From assembly GCA_031546905.1 (NCBI GenBank), contig JAVBJQ010000041.1, positions 39,102 to 103,101 of the forward strand: a stretch of DNA of 64,000 bases, given 5' to 3'. The stretch comes from Eubacteriales bacterium (lineage in GTDB: Bacteria; Bacillota; Clostridia; Lachnospirales; JAVBJQ01). This document shows, in pieces, positions 52,426 through 61,346 of this stretch (positions are counted from its first letter, which is position 1; each line of letters begins with the position of its first letter). The translations under genes and the position numbers were made by a program. The notes below the pieces were generated by a model. It saw only the letters and a list, made by a program, of their open reading frames with translations, had not been told where the DNA came from and did not search any database.

Positions 52426-53325
52426 TCATTTCTTTACTACATGCTGTCCATAATATTCTTCAAACGTTATTCCCTCTTGCCAAATAATTTTTGCCGCATC
52501 AATTCCCACATAACGGTAGTGCCAAGGCTCATATATATAACCCGTTATATCGGATTTATCTTTTGGATACCGCAAGATAAATCCATACTCGTGTGCGTGC
52601 TCCTGTAGCCAAGCATACTGCTTCGTATTTTGGAAGTTGGCTGTATATAATGTAGTACTACTACTAATACCTGGTTGAATTATATCTATTGCCAAACCCG
52701 TCTGATGTTCTGAATGTCCTGCTCGTGCAGAAGACGTATCTGCTCCGCTAACACCATCTGTTTTTACATAGCTTCCATATAAATATTTTTGTGTTGCGTA
52801 ACTTCTATATCCGCTTCTAATATGTAGGGAGTAGCCTGTTTTATTTAATGCGCTTTCCATTTTCTTATACGCCTCTAAAGCTGTGACTTCCAACATCTGC
52901 CCTTTATATGTTCCTAACTTAGGAACAAAATCATTGGGTAGCTTATTATTTTTGTTACATAACACAAGCTTGTCTGCTGGGTTTTCAATTGTTTTTATTT
53001 TGGTATAATGGGCTATGTCCACATCAGAATTTACAAGCATCATAACTTGCTCATAGGATAGTTCTTCATGTTTCTCTTTATACTGCTCATATCTTTCAGT
53101 ATTTTTTTCTATGTAATAAGGTTGTCCCATTGCCGACTCCCGTTGGGTTTTAGGTTTAATCGTAAAGTTGCTCATACTAGCTTCTTTTTTTGTTTCCGTT
53201 TCTATCGCTGTCTTTTCTTCTGGCTGTTTTGCCATTGCACCTATGCTTAAAATAACTATTGGCAAGGCTATTATTAAAAATAGTATTACTTTTAGGAACC
53301 TTTCTTTCACAGAATAGTCCTCCAT
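52426..53325 (-). CDS. D-alanyl-D-alanine carboxypeptidase, peptidase M15B (VanY-like), membrane-anchored
   Basis: 299 aa. N-terminal TM, then SGYRSYATQ, SEHQTGLAIDI and EPWHYRYVG zinc-peptidase motifs. Confidence 0.9.
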   Translation of the reverse strand: MEDYSVKERFLKVILFLIIALPIVILSIGAMAKQPEEKTAIETETKKEASMSNFTIKPKTQRESAMGQPYYIEKNTERYEQYKEKHEELSYEQVMMLVNSDVDIAHYTKIKTIENPADKLVLCNKNNKLPNDFVPKLGTYKGQMLEVTALEAYKKMESALNKTGYSLHIRSGYRSYATQKYLYGSYVKTDGVSGADTSSARAGHSEHQTGLAIDIIQPGISSSTTLYTANFQNTKQYAWLQEHAHEYGFILRYPKDKSDITGYIYEPWHYRYVGIDAAKIIWQEGITFEEYYGQHVVKK

Positions 53326-53337
53326 ATCTTAAAGTAG

Positions 53338-54516
53338 TTAGTGGGAATTTTTCGATACATCTTCTAATGTATCACTTTTCATTTCAAACAAAGCCTTTCT
53401 TTCAAATTGAAAGGTATCAGTAACAGAGAGTAGTGTTATTTCATATTCATCCTTTACTACGCCCATGTATCCTTCTACGTGGCAAATAGTTCTATAAAGA
53501 GCACCATCGTCACTATCAGTACCACGATCACTATACCAAGTTAAAATATCACTATTCAAATTGTTCACTTGGATTTCGGAGTCTAAATATTCATTGGTAT
53601 AGAATTTAAGTGACCGTTTCTCTTCAGGCATCAAAATATATAACTGTAATAAGGTTCTGCTATAGAATTGCCTCATTTCTTCTAAACTGATAACTTCACT
53701 TCTATCACCATATTTATTTTTATTTTCTTCATCGGCTTGTAATGCCTTTTCATGGTTTTCTTTCAATATGTCATAGTCCCGTTGGAAATCTTCCATCATA
53801 TTATGAAGCTCTAATTTTTTAATTATAAAATAACTTTCTTCTCCCGTTTTTGCTATGGTATATGGAATTTTAATGTCACATTCCCCCACTGGTACAGTAA
53901 CTGATATACCTATAAAATGAGTACAAAATTTATATGAGGGTAGATAGATTACAAGGTTATTTATTTCACTTATGGGCTCCCTAAATTGAAAACAATCTTT
54001 TCTAAAAGCCAGTTCTTTATCCTGTAATGCCTTTGGTATACGGTCTGTTTCTGTTACTAAATTCAAAAGATACTCATACTCACCATAATACATTTTCATA
54101 ATGTCATCCCATTCAGATTCTGGTGGGATACATTCATGTATGTTAGGTACACAACGATGAGTACCACCTCCATTTGTAGGCAACTGGTTCAGCTCATATG
54201 AAACCATGGGCATGAGCTGAAATTCACAATCGTTTTCAAAAGCCAACATCACAGAATCTCTGTATGTAACAGCCCTTTTGTATTGGAGCAACCCATCTTT
54301 TTGTTTATTATAATCTCTATCAAATTTCAAATCATATAGATATAAAAACATAACAAAATCTTCATACACATAGGCAGATACTAAAAATTTTTGTGTTTTG
54401 CTGTCAACTTCTGTGGTTACCCAAGTATTTATTGGACATTCCAACTTTTCGTCTCGGTTTTCAAGTGTCAACTCAGTACCCCTGTCCCTGTTGAAGTCGT
54501 TAATAAACCGTTTCAT
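53338..54516 (-). CDS. hypothetical cytoplasmic protein (392 aa), no recognisable domain
   Basis: Long clean ORF 13 nt upstream of vanY-like on the same strand. GGAGGA SD 8 nt before the ATG at 54516 (MKRFINDF..). No TM, signal peptide or known motif found by eye. Confidence 0.6.
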   Translation of the reverse strand: MKRFINDFNRDRGTELTLENRDEKLECPINTWVTTEVDSKTQKFLVSAYVYEDFVMFLYLYDLKFDRDYNKQKDGLLQYKRAVTYRDSVMLAFENDCEFQLMPMVSYELNQLPTNGGGTHRCVPNIHECIPPESEWDDIMKMYYGEYEYLLNLVTETDRIPKALQDKELAFRKDCFQFREPISEINNLVIYLPSYKFCTHFIGISVTVPVGECDIKIPYTIAKTGEESYFIIKKLELHNMMEDFQRDYDILKENHEKALQADEENKNKYGDRSEVISLEEMRQFYSRTLLQLYILMPEEKRSLKFYTNEYLDSEIQVNNLNSDILTWYSDRGTDSDDGALYRTICHVEGYMGVVKDEYEITLLSVTDTFQFERKALFEMKSDTLEDVSKNSH

Positions 54517-54674
54517 ACAAACCATCCTCCAAACATTTTAGAATCTTCTATGCTGACAGTCATAATATCATCCAAATAATACATAGTCTTTTTATCACTC
54601 AATAATTTATGATGGTTTTCCAAATCACCGAGATGAAGTTCTCTAATAGTCAGTCTATCTGTTTGCAAATACAT
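54513..54674 (-). pseudogene. N-terminal stub of a RimJ/RimL-type GNAT acetyltransferase
   Basis: AGGAGG SD plus MYLQTDRLTIRELHLGDLENHHKLLSDKKTMYYLDDI..SIEDSKMF is a typical GNAT N-terminus. The ORF ends after about 53 aa, before the acetyl-CoA binding core, where the 392-aa gene begins. Confidence 0.65.
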
Positions 54675-54843
54675 ATCATTTTGCCTCCTGTATGGTACAA
54701 AATAGAAAAATCTTATAAAGCTAAACCCCATGGCTATTATGAAATTTTGACCGTATAGGCTATCAGTACATATTTGTATTTTTGATTTTACAATTGCTTG
54801 TATACATTGTCATTTTTCACCATACATACTTTAACTGACCTTA

Positions 54844-56772
54844 TTATTTTAAATATATATCTATTATATCTAAAACTTCTTGCCCATCTATCGGTTTTGC
54901 AATATGACCATTCATTCCTGCACCAGTGCACTCCTCTATGTCTTCTTTAAAAGCGTTGGCAGTCATTGCAATGATTACCACTTCCGTTGCATTTAATTTG
55001 TTGGACATCCGTATTTTTTTTGTGGCACTAAGACCATCTAAATTAGGCATTTGAATATCCATTAGTATAAGACTATACTTTTCACCTTGTTTTTCAAAAA
55101 TATCAACCGCTTCGGCACCGTCAATGGCACAATCAATTTCTACTCCCGTATCCTCTAAAATGTTACATACAATTTCTCGGTTTATCTCCACATCTTCAAC
55201 CAGTAATATGTTTTTCCCCTTCCAACAATATGTTTTAGGGGTAACTTCCGTTCTTTCAGCTTCCCCATTCAATAGGTGTAAACCATCCTTATTTTTTAAA
55301 TCTTTTGAATTCTTCGAACATTCCATGCCCCACTCAACTTTAATATCGAAAACAAAACTCGAACCTTTGCCAAACTCACTTTGTACGCTAATGTTGCCAC
55401 CCATCATATTCACAATTTTTTTACAGATTGCAAGTCCTAACCCTGTACCACCAAAATTTCTTGCAATACCACCATCTGCTTGTTCAAATATCTTAAAAAG
55501 ACGGCTTTGGTCTTCCTTTGATATGCCTATCCCGGTATCTTTTACTTCCATTTGAATGACTGAACTATTTTCACTTTGTGATATCTCACTCACTTTTAAA
55601 GTTATGATGCCAAATTCCGGTGTAAACTTCACAGCATTGCCAAGAAGGTTAATTAAAACTTGTGAAATTCTGAGCCCATCACTAATCATGTTTCTTGTAA
55701 AAATTTTCTCACACTCATATTCTAGTTTTTGGTGTTTTTGCTCCGCTTTTACTTGAATCACATTAAAAACTCGTTGTATGATGTTATCAAAATCAAATTC
55801 ATAAGCATCTATCATAAACTTATTGGCTTCAATTTTGGACATATCTAAAACATCATTAATAATATCTAAAAGTTGCTTCGATGTGGCGTCAACTTTTTCG
55901 AGGCAATATTGCATTTTTGTCACATCTGTCGATTTTCTTGCCATCTGTGTCATTCCAATAATCGCATTCATGGGTGTTCTAATTTCATGGCTCATGCGGG
56001 AAAGAAATTCACTTTTGGCTTTTGTACTAGCGAGAGCATCTTCTTTGGCCAAAATTAAAAGATTATCCCTTTTCTGCAATTCTTCTTCCATTGACTTAAT
56101 TAATTTTTTCAAAACCAATACTGCAATAGCACAAAAAAACAAAACAATCACAATAGATATTACAGCCGTCAACAATTTCACTTGTTCGTATGACTTATAC
56201 ATATTTTCGCAATCAAATTCCATTCCAATTGCACCTAACACGGAGCCATCTTTTCCATGAACCGGAAAATAAGTGACATATACAATGCCCCATTCTGTTT
56301 TCAAAATATCGTCACCTAAAACAGTCTCACCTTTAAGGCACTTTGTTAATTTAGGAATAATTTCCTCTTCAATAGGCATTCCAACATGTCTAAAATCTTC
56401 AGCGTCTTTATTTAATCCATCTAAAACATAGATATATTCACCTTTATCATTTTGTTTGGCTGTATACAAATAACGTATATTGGCTATACGCCTGATTTGG
56501 TCCATTTGTTGATATGTGTTCAAATAAATATCTTTTTTCTCATCTTCAATTGTATTGAGTTCCTTAAAGCTGTTTTTATCTATAATCTCTTCCACATATT
56601 TATAAACTACAGTAGCATCATTTTTTAAACTTTTTATTGCTAGCTCCTTATATTGTGAATAAATTAAATAATAAGAAGATACCGTAAATGCTAATGCAAC
56701 GAACAAAATAATTAAAGTTACTTTGAGTTCAAAGTTTTTCCAAAGTGAATTTTTAGCTTGTTTTTTCATCAT
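54844..56772 (-). CDS. hybrid sensor histidine kinase/response regulator with extracytoplasmic Cache-like domain
   Basis: TM, ~170-aa periplasmic region, TM, HisKA (FLSRMSHEIRTPMNAI), HATPase (DTGIGI..GGTGLGLAI), then a C-terminal receiver (ILLVEDVEINR..LILMDIQMP). The ATG at 56772 is preferred over the track start at 56832. Confidence 0.9.
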   Translation of the reverse strand: MMKKQAKNSLWKNFELKVTLIILFVALAFTVSSYYLIYSQYKELAIKSLKNDATVVYKYVEEIIDKNSFKELNTIEDEKKDIYLNTYQQMDQIRRIANIRYLYTAKQNDKGEYIYVLDGLNKDAEDFRHVGMPIEEEIIPKLTKCLKGETVLGDDILKTEWGIVYVTYFPVHGKDGSVLGAIGMEFDCENMYKSYEQVKLLTAVISIVIVLFFCAIAVLVLKKLIKSMEEELQKRDNLLILAKEDALASTKAKSEFLSRMSHEIRTPMNAIIGMTQMARKSTDVTKMQYCLEKVDATSKQLLDIINDVLDMSKIEANKFMIDAYEFDFDNIIQRVFNVIQVKAEQKHQKLEYECEKIFTRNMISDGLRISQVLINLLGNAVKFTPEFGIITLKVSEISQSENSSVIQMEVKDTGIGISKEDQSRLFKIFEQADGGIARNFGGTGLGLAICKKIVNMMGGNISVQSEFGKGSSFVFDIKVEWGMECSKNSKDLKNKDGLHLLNGEAERTEVTPKTYCWKGKNILLVEDVEINREIVCNILEDTGVEIDCAIDGAEAVDIFEKQGEKYSLILMDIQMPNLDGLSATKKIRMSNKLNATEVVIIAMTANAFKEDIEECTGAGMNGHIAKPIDGQEVLDIIDIYLK

Positions 56773-56900
56773 ACACGTCCTATCGCATTGAGTAACAAAA
56801 CCTGTTTTTGGTTGAAATCTCTCATTACACATAAAATTTTGTTATGAAGAGTATATCATAGTAAAGTCTTTATTTTCAAGTAATATAAAATACACATTCC

Positions 56901-56945
56901 CGAGTAGTACGGCTCAGCGTATCAACAGCGAGAGAGTGTTTTTAC
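56901..56945 (+). repeat. intergenic repeat copy c6 (core GTACGGCTCAGCGTATCAACAGCG..TTTTTAC)
   Basis: Aligns by eye with copy c4 (about 17 of 23 core positions) and shares GTACGG with c1-c3. Lies upstream of the plus-strand methyltransferase pseudogene. Confidence 0.45.
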
Positions 56946-57208
56946 AGTAACCCTTCAACAATGTAAATAACACTATTTTCAAATTTTTTTAGCCAATAAT
57001 TTACCAAACCTAAAACCCTTATAAAATTAAATTTCCTTGCTCTAATAAAAGCGAAAGGTAGATAAGGATTATTTTTGATGTTATCATATAGATACTGAAT
57101 TGGCTTTGAAAATTTATTATTTGTGGAGGATATCGGTATGGAGAAGAATCTGATTATAGAACAAATATTATAGGCGCTGGGGAAGTTGGCTCTGCCAGCT
57201 CGGTGGAG

Positions 57209-57862
57209 ATGGATAAAAATTCTATTCATAAAACAAACAGCTTATTTTGGGATACAACAGGAAATGACGTTTTAGGAACGACAGCGCTTCCGCTGTACGG
57301 AGCATTTGTGTCAGAAGAGAAGTGCCAACTGTTTGGCGATGTCTCAGGAAAAAAGGTGCTTGAGATAGGCTGAGGGAACGCAAAGTAGCTGAACTATGGG
57401 GTATGGACATATCAGAACAACAACTGAAAAAAACAAAGCAACATTTAACAGCATGCGGCCTTTCAGCAAAATTGATCTGTTCTCCCATGGAAAATGAATG
57501 TGGCATACCAATGGATTATTTTGACTTTGTTTATTGGGTTTATGCCGTAGGCTGGACTACCGACCTTGAAGGTACTTTTTGCCGAATCGCTTCTTACCTT
57601 AAAAAAGATGGCGTATTTATTTTTAGTTGGTCTCACCCTATCTATAAATGTGTTGTTGCTGAAAATAATATGCTTGCTTTTAAAAAATGTTATTTTGATG
57701 AATCTTGGTATTCGGTATCTCTTGGTGAAAGTGTGCTAACATTACCGGATTGTAAACTAGTCTGATGATGAAATTATACAATCCAAGAGTGATACCAATG
57801 ATTTTGCAAAAAAGGCAAAAATGTTACCTGTAACTTTTGTAATCAAAGCAAGAAAACGATAA
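57209..57862 (+). pseudogene. class I SAM-dependent methyltransferase, inactivated (nonsense + deletions/frameshifts)
   Basis: MDKNSIHKTNSLFWD..GKKVLEIG, then TGA where the GCG motif Cys is expected. Part of the SAM-binding region is missing. It resumes in another frame (AELWGMDISEQQLKK..DGVFIFSWSHP) and shifts again for the C-terminal ..AKKAKMLPVTFVIKARKR*. Confidence 0.75.
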
Positions 57863-57929
57863 GCGTATATAATTCTATTTTTTTAGGCATCCCTAAATGA
57901 GAATGTTCTTCTTGTCACTTGCCATTGCG

Positions 57930-57964
57930 CCTACCTCCTTATGGGGAAGGAGGTAGGTTTATTT
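57930..57964 (+). terminator. rho-independent terminator
   Basis: Perfect 11-bp stem CCTACCTCCTT / AAGGAGGTAGG with a 6-nt loop, followed by TTTATTT. It overlaps the stop of the convergent 221-aa gene. Confidence 0.75.
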
Positions 57965-58624
57965 AATCCAAATATCAAATGCTGATTGGTTATCTATTAT
58001 TAAATTTGCTATTAGCTTGCTTGTCTCTTCAAAATAATTAAATCTTGTTTCATCACTTTGTATCCCTAGACCTTTGCAAAAATTCTTATGACTTGTCATA
58101 AATTCCCCCCTTGATATTGTAATGTGCAGTAGGGGTAAAAAATTGATTTTGTTTAATTGAAAATTTTCTATTCTTTGTTTAAATTCATATCCTAATTCTA
58201 ATGTTGTCCAGGGGTTATTAAGATTTTTTGTTTTATTATTTTTGATATTCATGTAAGTTTCACATCTTTGAACAAATTCATAAGCTTTTGCTCCAAAGGT
58301 AAATATTAATCTTGTTTTTTCTTCTGTGGTTTGAATAATATTGCAAAATGCTTTCATCTCCGCATCCAGTTTCGTAGTATTCTTCCAATCTTCCTTATCT
58401 ACCACTGCATTTCTTATGTAAATTTTTGATGTGTCAATTCTTTTCCCTGTATTTCTATAAAGGATATCTTGCACTTTGTCAATTATAGGTGTCCAAATAT
58501 TATGTACAGCTCCATGTCTGTCATCTAAAGGCAAATCAAGTCTATTTTTAAAATTTTCAGATGACGAATCTGCCAGTAACCAAATATTAAATTCTTTAAA
58601 AGCAATATTGTTTTCTCTTTCCAT
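57959..58624 (-). CDS. hypothetical protein, possibly uracil-DNA-glycosylase-like fold
   Basis: 221-aa ORF with a GAGAGGA SD. The motif order IWLLADSSSE .. IYIRNAVV .. IFTFGAKAYEF .. LPLLHITISRG loosely mirrors UDG-superfamily motifs (GxxPG, N-containing strand, LG..A, HPS). Weak by-eye inference only. Confidence 0.55.
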   Translation of the reverse strand: MERENNIAFKEFNIWLLADSSSENFKNRLDLPLDDRHGAVHNIWTPIIDKVQDILYRNTGKRIDTSKIYIRNAVVDKEDWKNTTKLDAEMKAFCNIIQTTEEKTRLIFTFGAKAYEFVQRCETYMNIKNNKTKNLNNPWTTLELGYEFKQRIENFQLNKINFLPLLHITISRGEFMTSHKNFCKGLGIQSDETRFNYFEETSKLIANLIIDNQSAFDIWIK

Positions 58625-58771
58625 TCATAAACATTCCTCTCAACATTTTTATAAACAGTTAATTATTTCCTTTTGCAAAGTGGTATTCAACCCCAAAATT
58701 AACTCGCAAAAAAGTTGAGTTGTGAATACCTATCTAAATACTTCCATGATATGAAACCTCTTCAAAATAAT

Positions 58772-58818
58772 AAAAGCAAAGACGCTTCCACCAAAACAAC
58801 CGTCTTTGCTTTTTTTGT
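58772..58818. terminator. terminator between MerR-REC gene and 221-aa gene
   Basis: AGCAAAGACG / CGTCTTTGCT 10-bp stem with a 16-nt loop, T6 on the plus side and an A/T-rich tract on the other. Confidence 0.6.
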
Positions 58819-58825
58819 TTGGTGT

Positions 58826-58872
58826 CATTTATGGTATGGTTCTCCGTATCACTGCGTCTTCATCGGTTTTTA
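58826..58872 (+). repeat. intergenic repeat copy c4 (GTCATTTATGGTATGGTTCTCCGTATCACTGCG..TTTTTA)
   Basis: Its 5' half matches the reverse complement of c1 (ATTTATGGTAYGGT), and its 3' half matches c6 (TC..CGTATCA..GCG). Confidence 0.5.
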
Positions 58873-58880
58873 ATATCAAA

Positions 58881-60254
58881 TTAATTTGTTATATACATAT
58901 TATTTAGCAAAAACAAACTAAACATATTATGATTTGACTCTACAAACGTTGATAGGATGTAACTGTCACTTTTTGAGATGCGTATACTATCGCATGGTTC
59001 AATGCACAAATTTTCACAATTGATTAGAATAGTCTTTTCGAATTCTATGAAATTTTTATTAAATCTATCTTGGTCAAAACTTGTCGTTTTAGGATAGCAA
59101 AAAGCACCTATTACCTCATTATTGTTTTTTACAACAAAGCATTTGATATTGGATTGAGAAAGAACGTACATTTCAATTATACCAGACCAAACAAAGTCTA
59201 CCATTACAACAGGAAATTTACTAGTGTCTTGGATATTGAATAAAATTTGATTATTTATTTCTCTTTGTAATGCAATATTTAATGGTACCTTTTGAAAGTC
59301 TGTCTTACCATTTTTCACAGCTACATTTTGAAAACTTTTGCTATCTGCAATATTTTCTTGCATATGTCTTTCTTTTAGTTTATTTAGATATTCTATTATT
59401 TCCTCACAAGAAACATCATCTTGACGCTCAAAGTAACTCCTATATGTGTCAACTTCTTGTTGAGTTAATGGCAAATTTCTAAAACAGTCTTCGTCAAATT
59501 TGTTGAGTTCATCTTGTAATTGATTTAGTCGTGAAACTTTTATTTTGTTTTGCTGTGTGTCATTTAATAGATTTATAACGCTTGAAATAAAACGCTCGGT
59601 TTGTAATGGTTTTGATATAAAATCAATACTGCCAGCTTGCACAGCTTCATGTAATATATGGAGCTGACTCATAGCCGTGCAAAGTACGAATTTTGCATCA
59701 GGATATTTTTTAACCACAATATCGCAAGTGTGCAGTCCATCTTGCTTTGGCATAACAATACCCGATATGACAAGGTCTGGGCGGTATTGTTCATATTTTT
59801 CAAATGCTTCAACTCCGTCCTGTGCTTCTATTATATTATCATACCCATAAGAAGCCAGTATATCTTTCATTAGCAGTCTTTCAAAATTTACACATTCAAC
59901 TACCATAATCAGTTTGTTCTTTTCCATACCCAACTCTCCTAACTTTTTCATTATAATCTTGATACGCATTTCGTCTGCATAATAGGTCTGCTTTAAAATT
60001 TGTAATTTGTTTTTTAAAGCAATCGCTAAAGTTTCTTGATTGGCGTAAAGTAAAGTTTTTATTTCATTAAGCGTAAACCCATAATATTTCAGTTCCTGAA
60101 TAAGCAATATTTCTTTTATCTGTATGTGTGAGTACATTCTGTATCCATTCTGATTATTCTTCTGTGTAGGTCGTAGTAATAAAATTTCATCATAATACCG
60201 AAGTGTATTTGTAGATATATTTACAAGCGTTGATATTTCTCCTATTGTATACAT
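58881..60254 (-). CDS. MerR-type HTH + degenerate receiver (pseudo-receiver) + unknown C-terminal domain fusion protein
   Basis: 457 aa. N-terminus YTIGEISTLVNISTNTLRYYDE..GYRMYS (MerR HTH). The central CheY-like fold has the acidic pair replaced (VVEC) and the phospho-acceptor position reading G (PDLVISGIVMPKQDG), while T (CTAMS) and K (FISKP) are retained. About 200 aa of C-terminal sequence is unassigned. Confidence 0.8.
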   Translation of the reverse strand: MYTIGEISTLVNISTNTLRYYDEILLLRPTQKNNQNGYRMYSHIQIKEILLIQELKYYGFTLNEIKTLLYANQETLAIALKNKLQILKQTYYADEMRIKIIMKKLGELGMEKNKLIMVVECVNFERLLMKDILASYGYDNIIEAQDGVEAFEKYEQYRPDLVISGIVMPKQDGLHTCDIVVKKYPDAKFVLCTAMSQLHILHEAVQAGSIDFISKPLQTERFISSVINLLNDTQQNKIKVSRLNQLQDELNKFDEDCFRNLPLTQQEVDTYRSYFERQDDVSCEEIIEYLNKLKERHMQENIADSKSFQNVAVKNGKTDFQKVPLNIALQREINNQILFNIQDTSKFPVVMVDFVWSGIIEMYVLSQSNIKCFVVKNNNEVIGAFCYPKTTSFDQDRFNKNFIEFEKTILINCENLCIEPCDSIRISKSDSYILSTFVESNHNMFSLFLLNNMYITN

Positions 60255-60446
60255 AAAAAACTCCCTTCACGAAACTGGTATCTATATCATCTTAAGATAT
60301 TCTTATCATAAAGGTTAGTGTTGGATGAATGTCAAGCGTTTTTTATTTTACAATAAAAAAAGTCGTTATCACTTTATGTGAAACAACGACAGTTTTCAAC
60401 TTTACTCTATATCTCCAAGTAATTTAAAAACGATGATAGCACGTTT

Positions 60447-60476
60447 TACCGTGCCAATGACAACGTTGTGCTTTTA
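60447..60476 (-). repeat. intergenic repeat copy c5 (degenerate)
   Basis: The minus strand reads AACGTTGTCATTGGCACGGTA, related to the GTCATTTATGGTAYGGT core with a small deletion. Confidence 0.3.
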
Positions 60477-60570
60477 TTTTTTTATTTTAAAGTTTATCAG
60501 TCAACAGTTTGTCTAAACCTAAAACTCCTATGAAGCAGAGCGTCATTGCAGTTATAAAATTTCCCTCATA

Positions 60571-61197
60571 CTAAATTTTACCAATACCAGCAAAACCTAA
60601 AAACAATAAACGTATTAGTATCTCAGTAATAATAGCAATACCAAGACCATGAAATCGTTTAAGTGGCTTTGGCACTTTATTATGATATAACTTTTCTCTA
60701 ATACTAGCCAATACAATAATATGAAAAACAAATCCCAAACTCGCACCTAATGTATAACTCATACCAAGAACAAGTGAATAATTCAAATCATAGCTTACAC
60801 GATGGACACCACAGATTACGGAGATTGCTGGAATTAATATTAGATAAATTCCCCGCTTGTTATACCAAATTGGAGCTATTTTCTGAATTACTTTTTCAAG
60901 AAGCTGAACGAATATTGCCATAATCAAAATAAATACAACTTTTTTTAAAAATTCATTGCCAGTTAACTGAGGAACAAAAAGAAAAATACCTCTGGTAAAT
61001 ATTAAACTGAATAATATAGTAGGAAAGATAGCTATACCTAGACTAGCCGATGCTTTAAAATTTTTTGATACAATAAAATTTATACATAACCCCAAAACCC
61101 CATTTAGAGCAGAGTTATTTACAGTAAAAATCAATATCGGAATCAGAAGTGTTGCACCAAACTCTCTCATAAAATATTGCAGTCTGTGTCTCATCAA
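60571..61197 (-). CDS. orphan RnfA/RnfE/NqrDE-family membrane protein
   Basis: 208 aa. Aligns by eye along its full length with RnfA (VNNSALNGVLGLC..; FILIMAIFVQLLEKVIQK..P; SIREKLYHNKVPKPLK..GIAIITE..FLGFAG). No other rnf/nqr genes are in the window. ATG at 61194 is the likely start. Confidence 0.8.
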   Translation of the reverse strand: MMRHRLQYFMREFGATLLIPILIFTVNNSALNGVLGLCINFIVSKNFKASASLGIAIFPTILFSLIFTRGIFLFVPQLTGNEFLKKVVFILIMAIFVQLLEKVIQKIAPIWYNKRGIYLILIPAISVICGVHRVSYDLNYSLVLGMSYTLGASLGFVFHIIVLASIREKLYHNKVPKPLKRFHGLGIAIITEILIRLLFLGFAGIGKI

Positions 61198-61223
61198 CCA
61201 TCACCTTCTCAAAAGTTTAATAC

Positions 61224-61289
61224 AATCATTCCTTTGTTTTTAGGAAACTCCAAAACACACCGTACCATAAATAACGAAGCGTTTTTGAA
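61224..61289 (-). repeat. intergenic repeat copy c1
   Basis: The minus strand reads TCAAAAACGCTTCGTTATTTATGGTACGGTGTGTTTTGGAG...AAAGGAATGATT. It lies between the GNAT pseudogene terminator and the RnfA-like SD. Confidence 0.55.
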
Positions 61290-61346
61290 TTATTTAATAA
61301 AACCCAGTTTCTATGCTTATTCGCATAAAAACAGAGCAAGAACTTG

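Noticed and set aside
57138-57173. 11-aa mini-ORF MEKNLIIEQIL with a GGAGGA SD upstream of the methyltransferase pseudogene
   Set aside because: It is probably the leftover start of another degraded gene in this decayed region. It is too short and isolated to call, and no leader-peptide logic is apparent.
56942-57506. Two minus-strand ORFs (95 aa and 94 aa) opposite the methyltransferase locus
   Set aside because: No SD or motif. The plus strand carries recognisable, though broken, SAM-methyltransferase sequence, so these are antisense artefacts of a pseudogene region.
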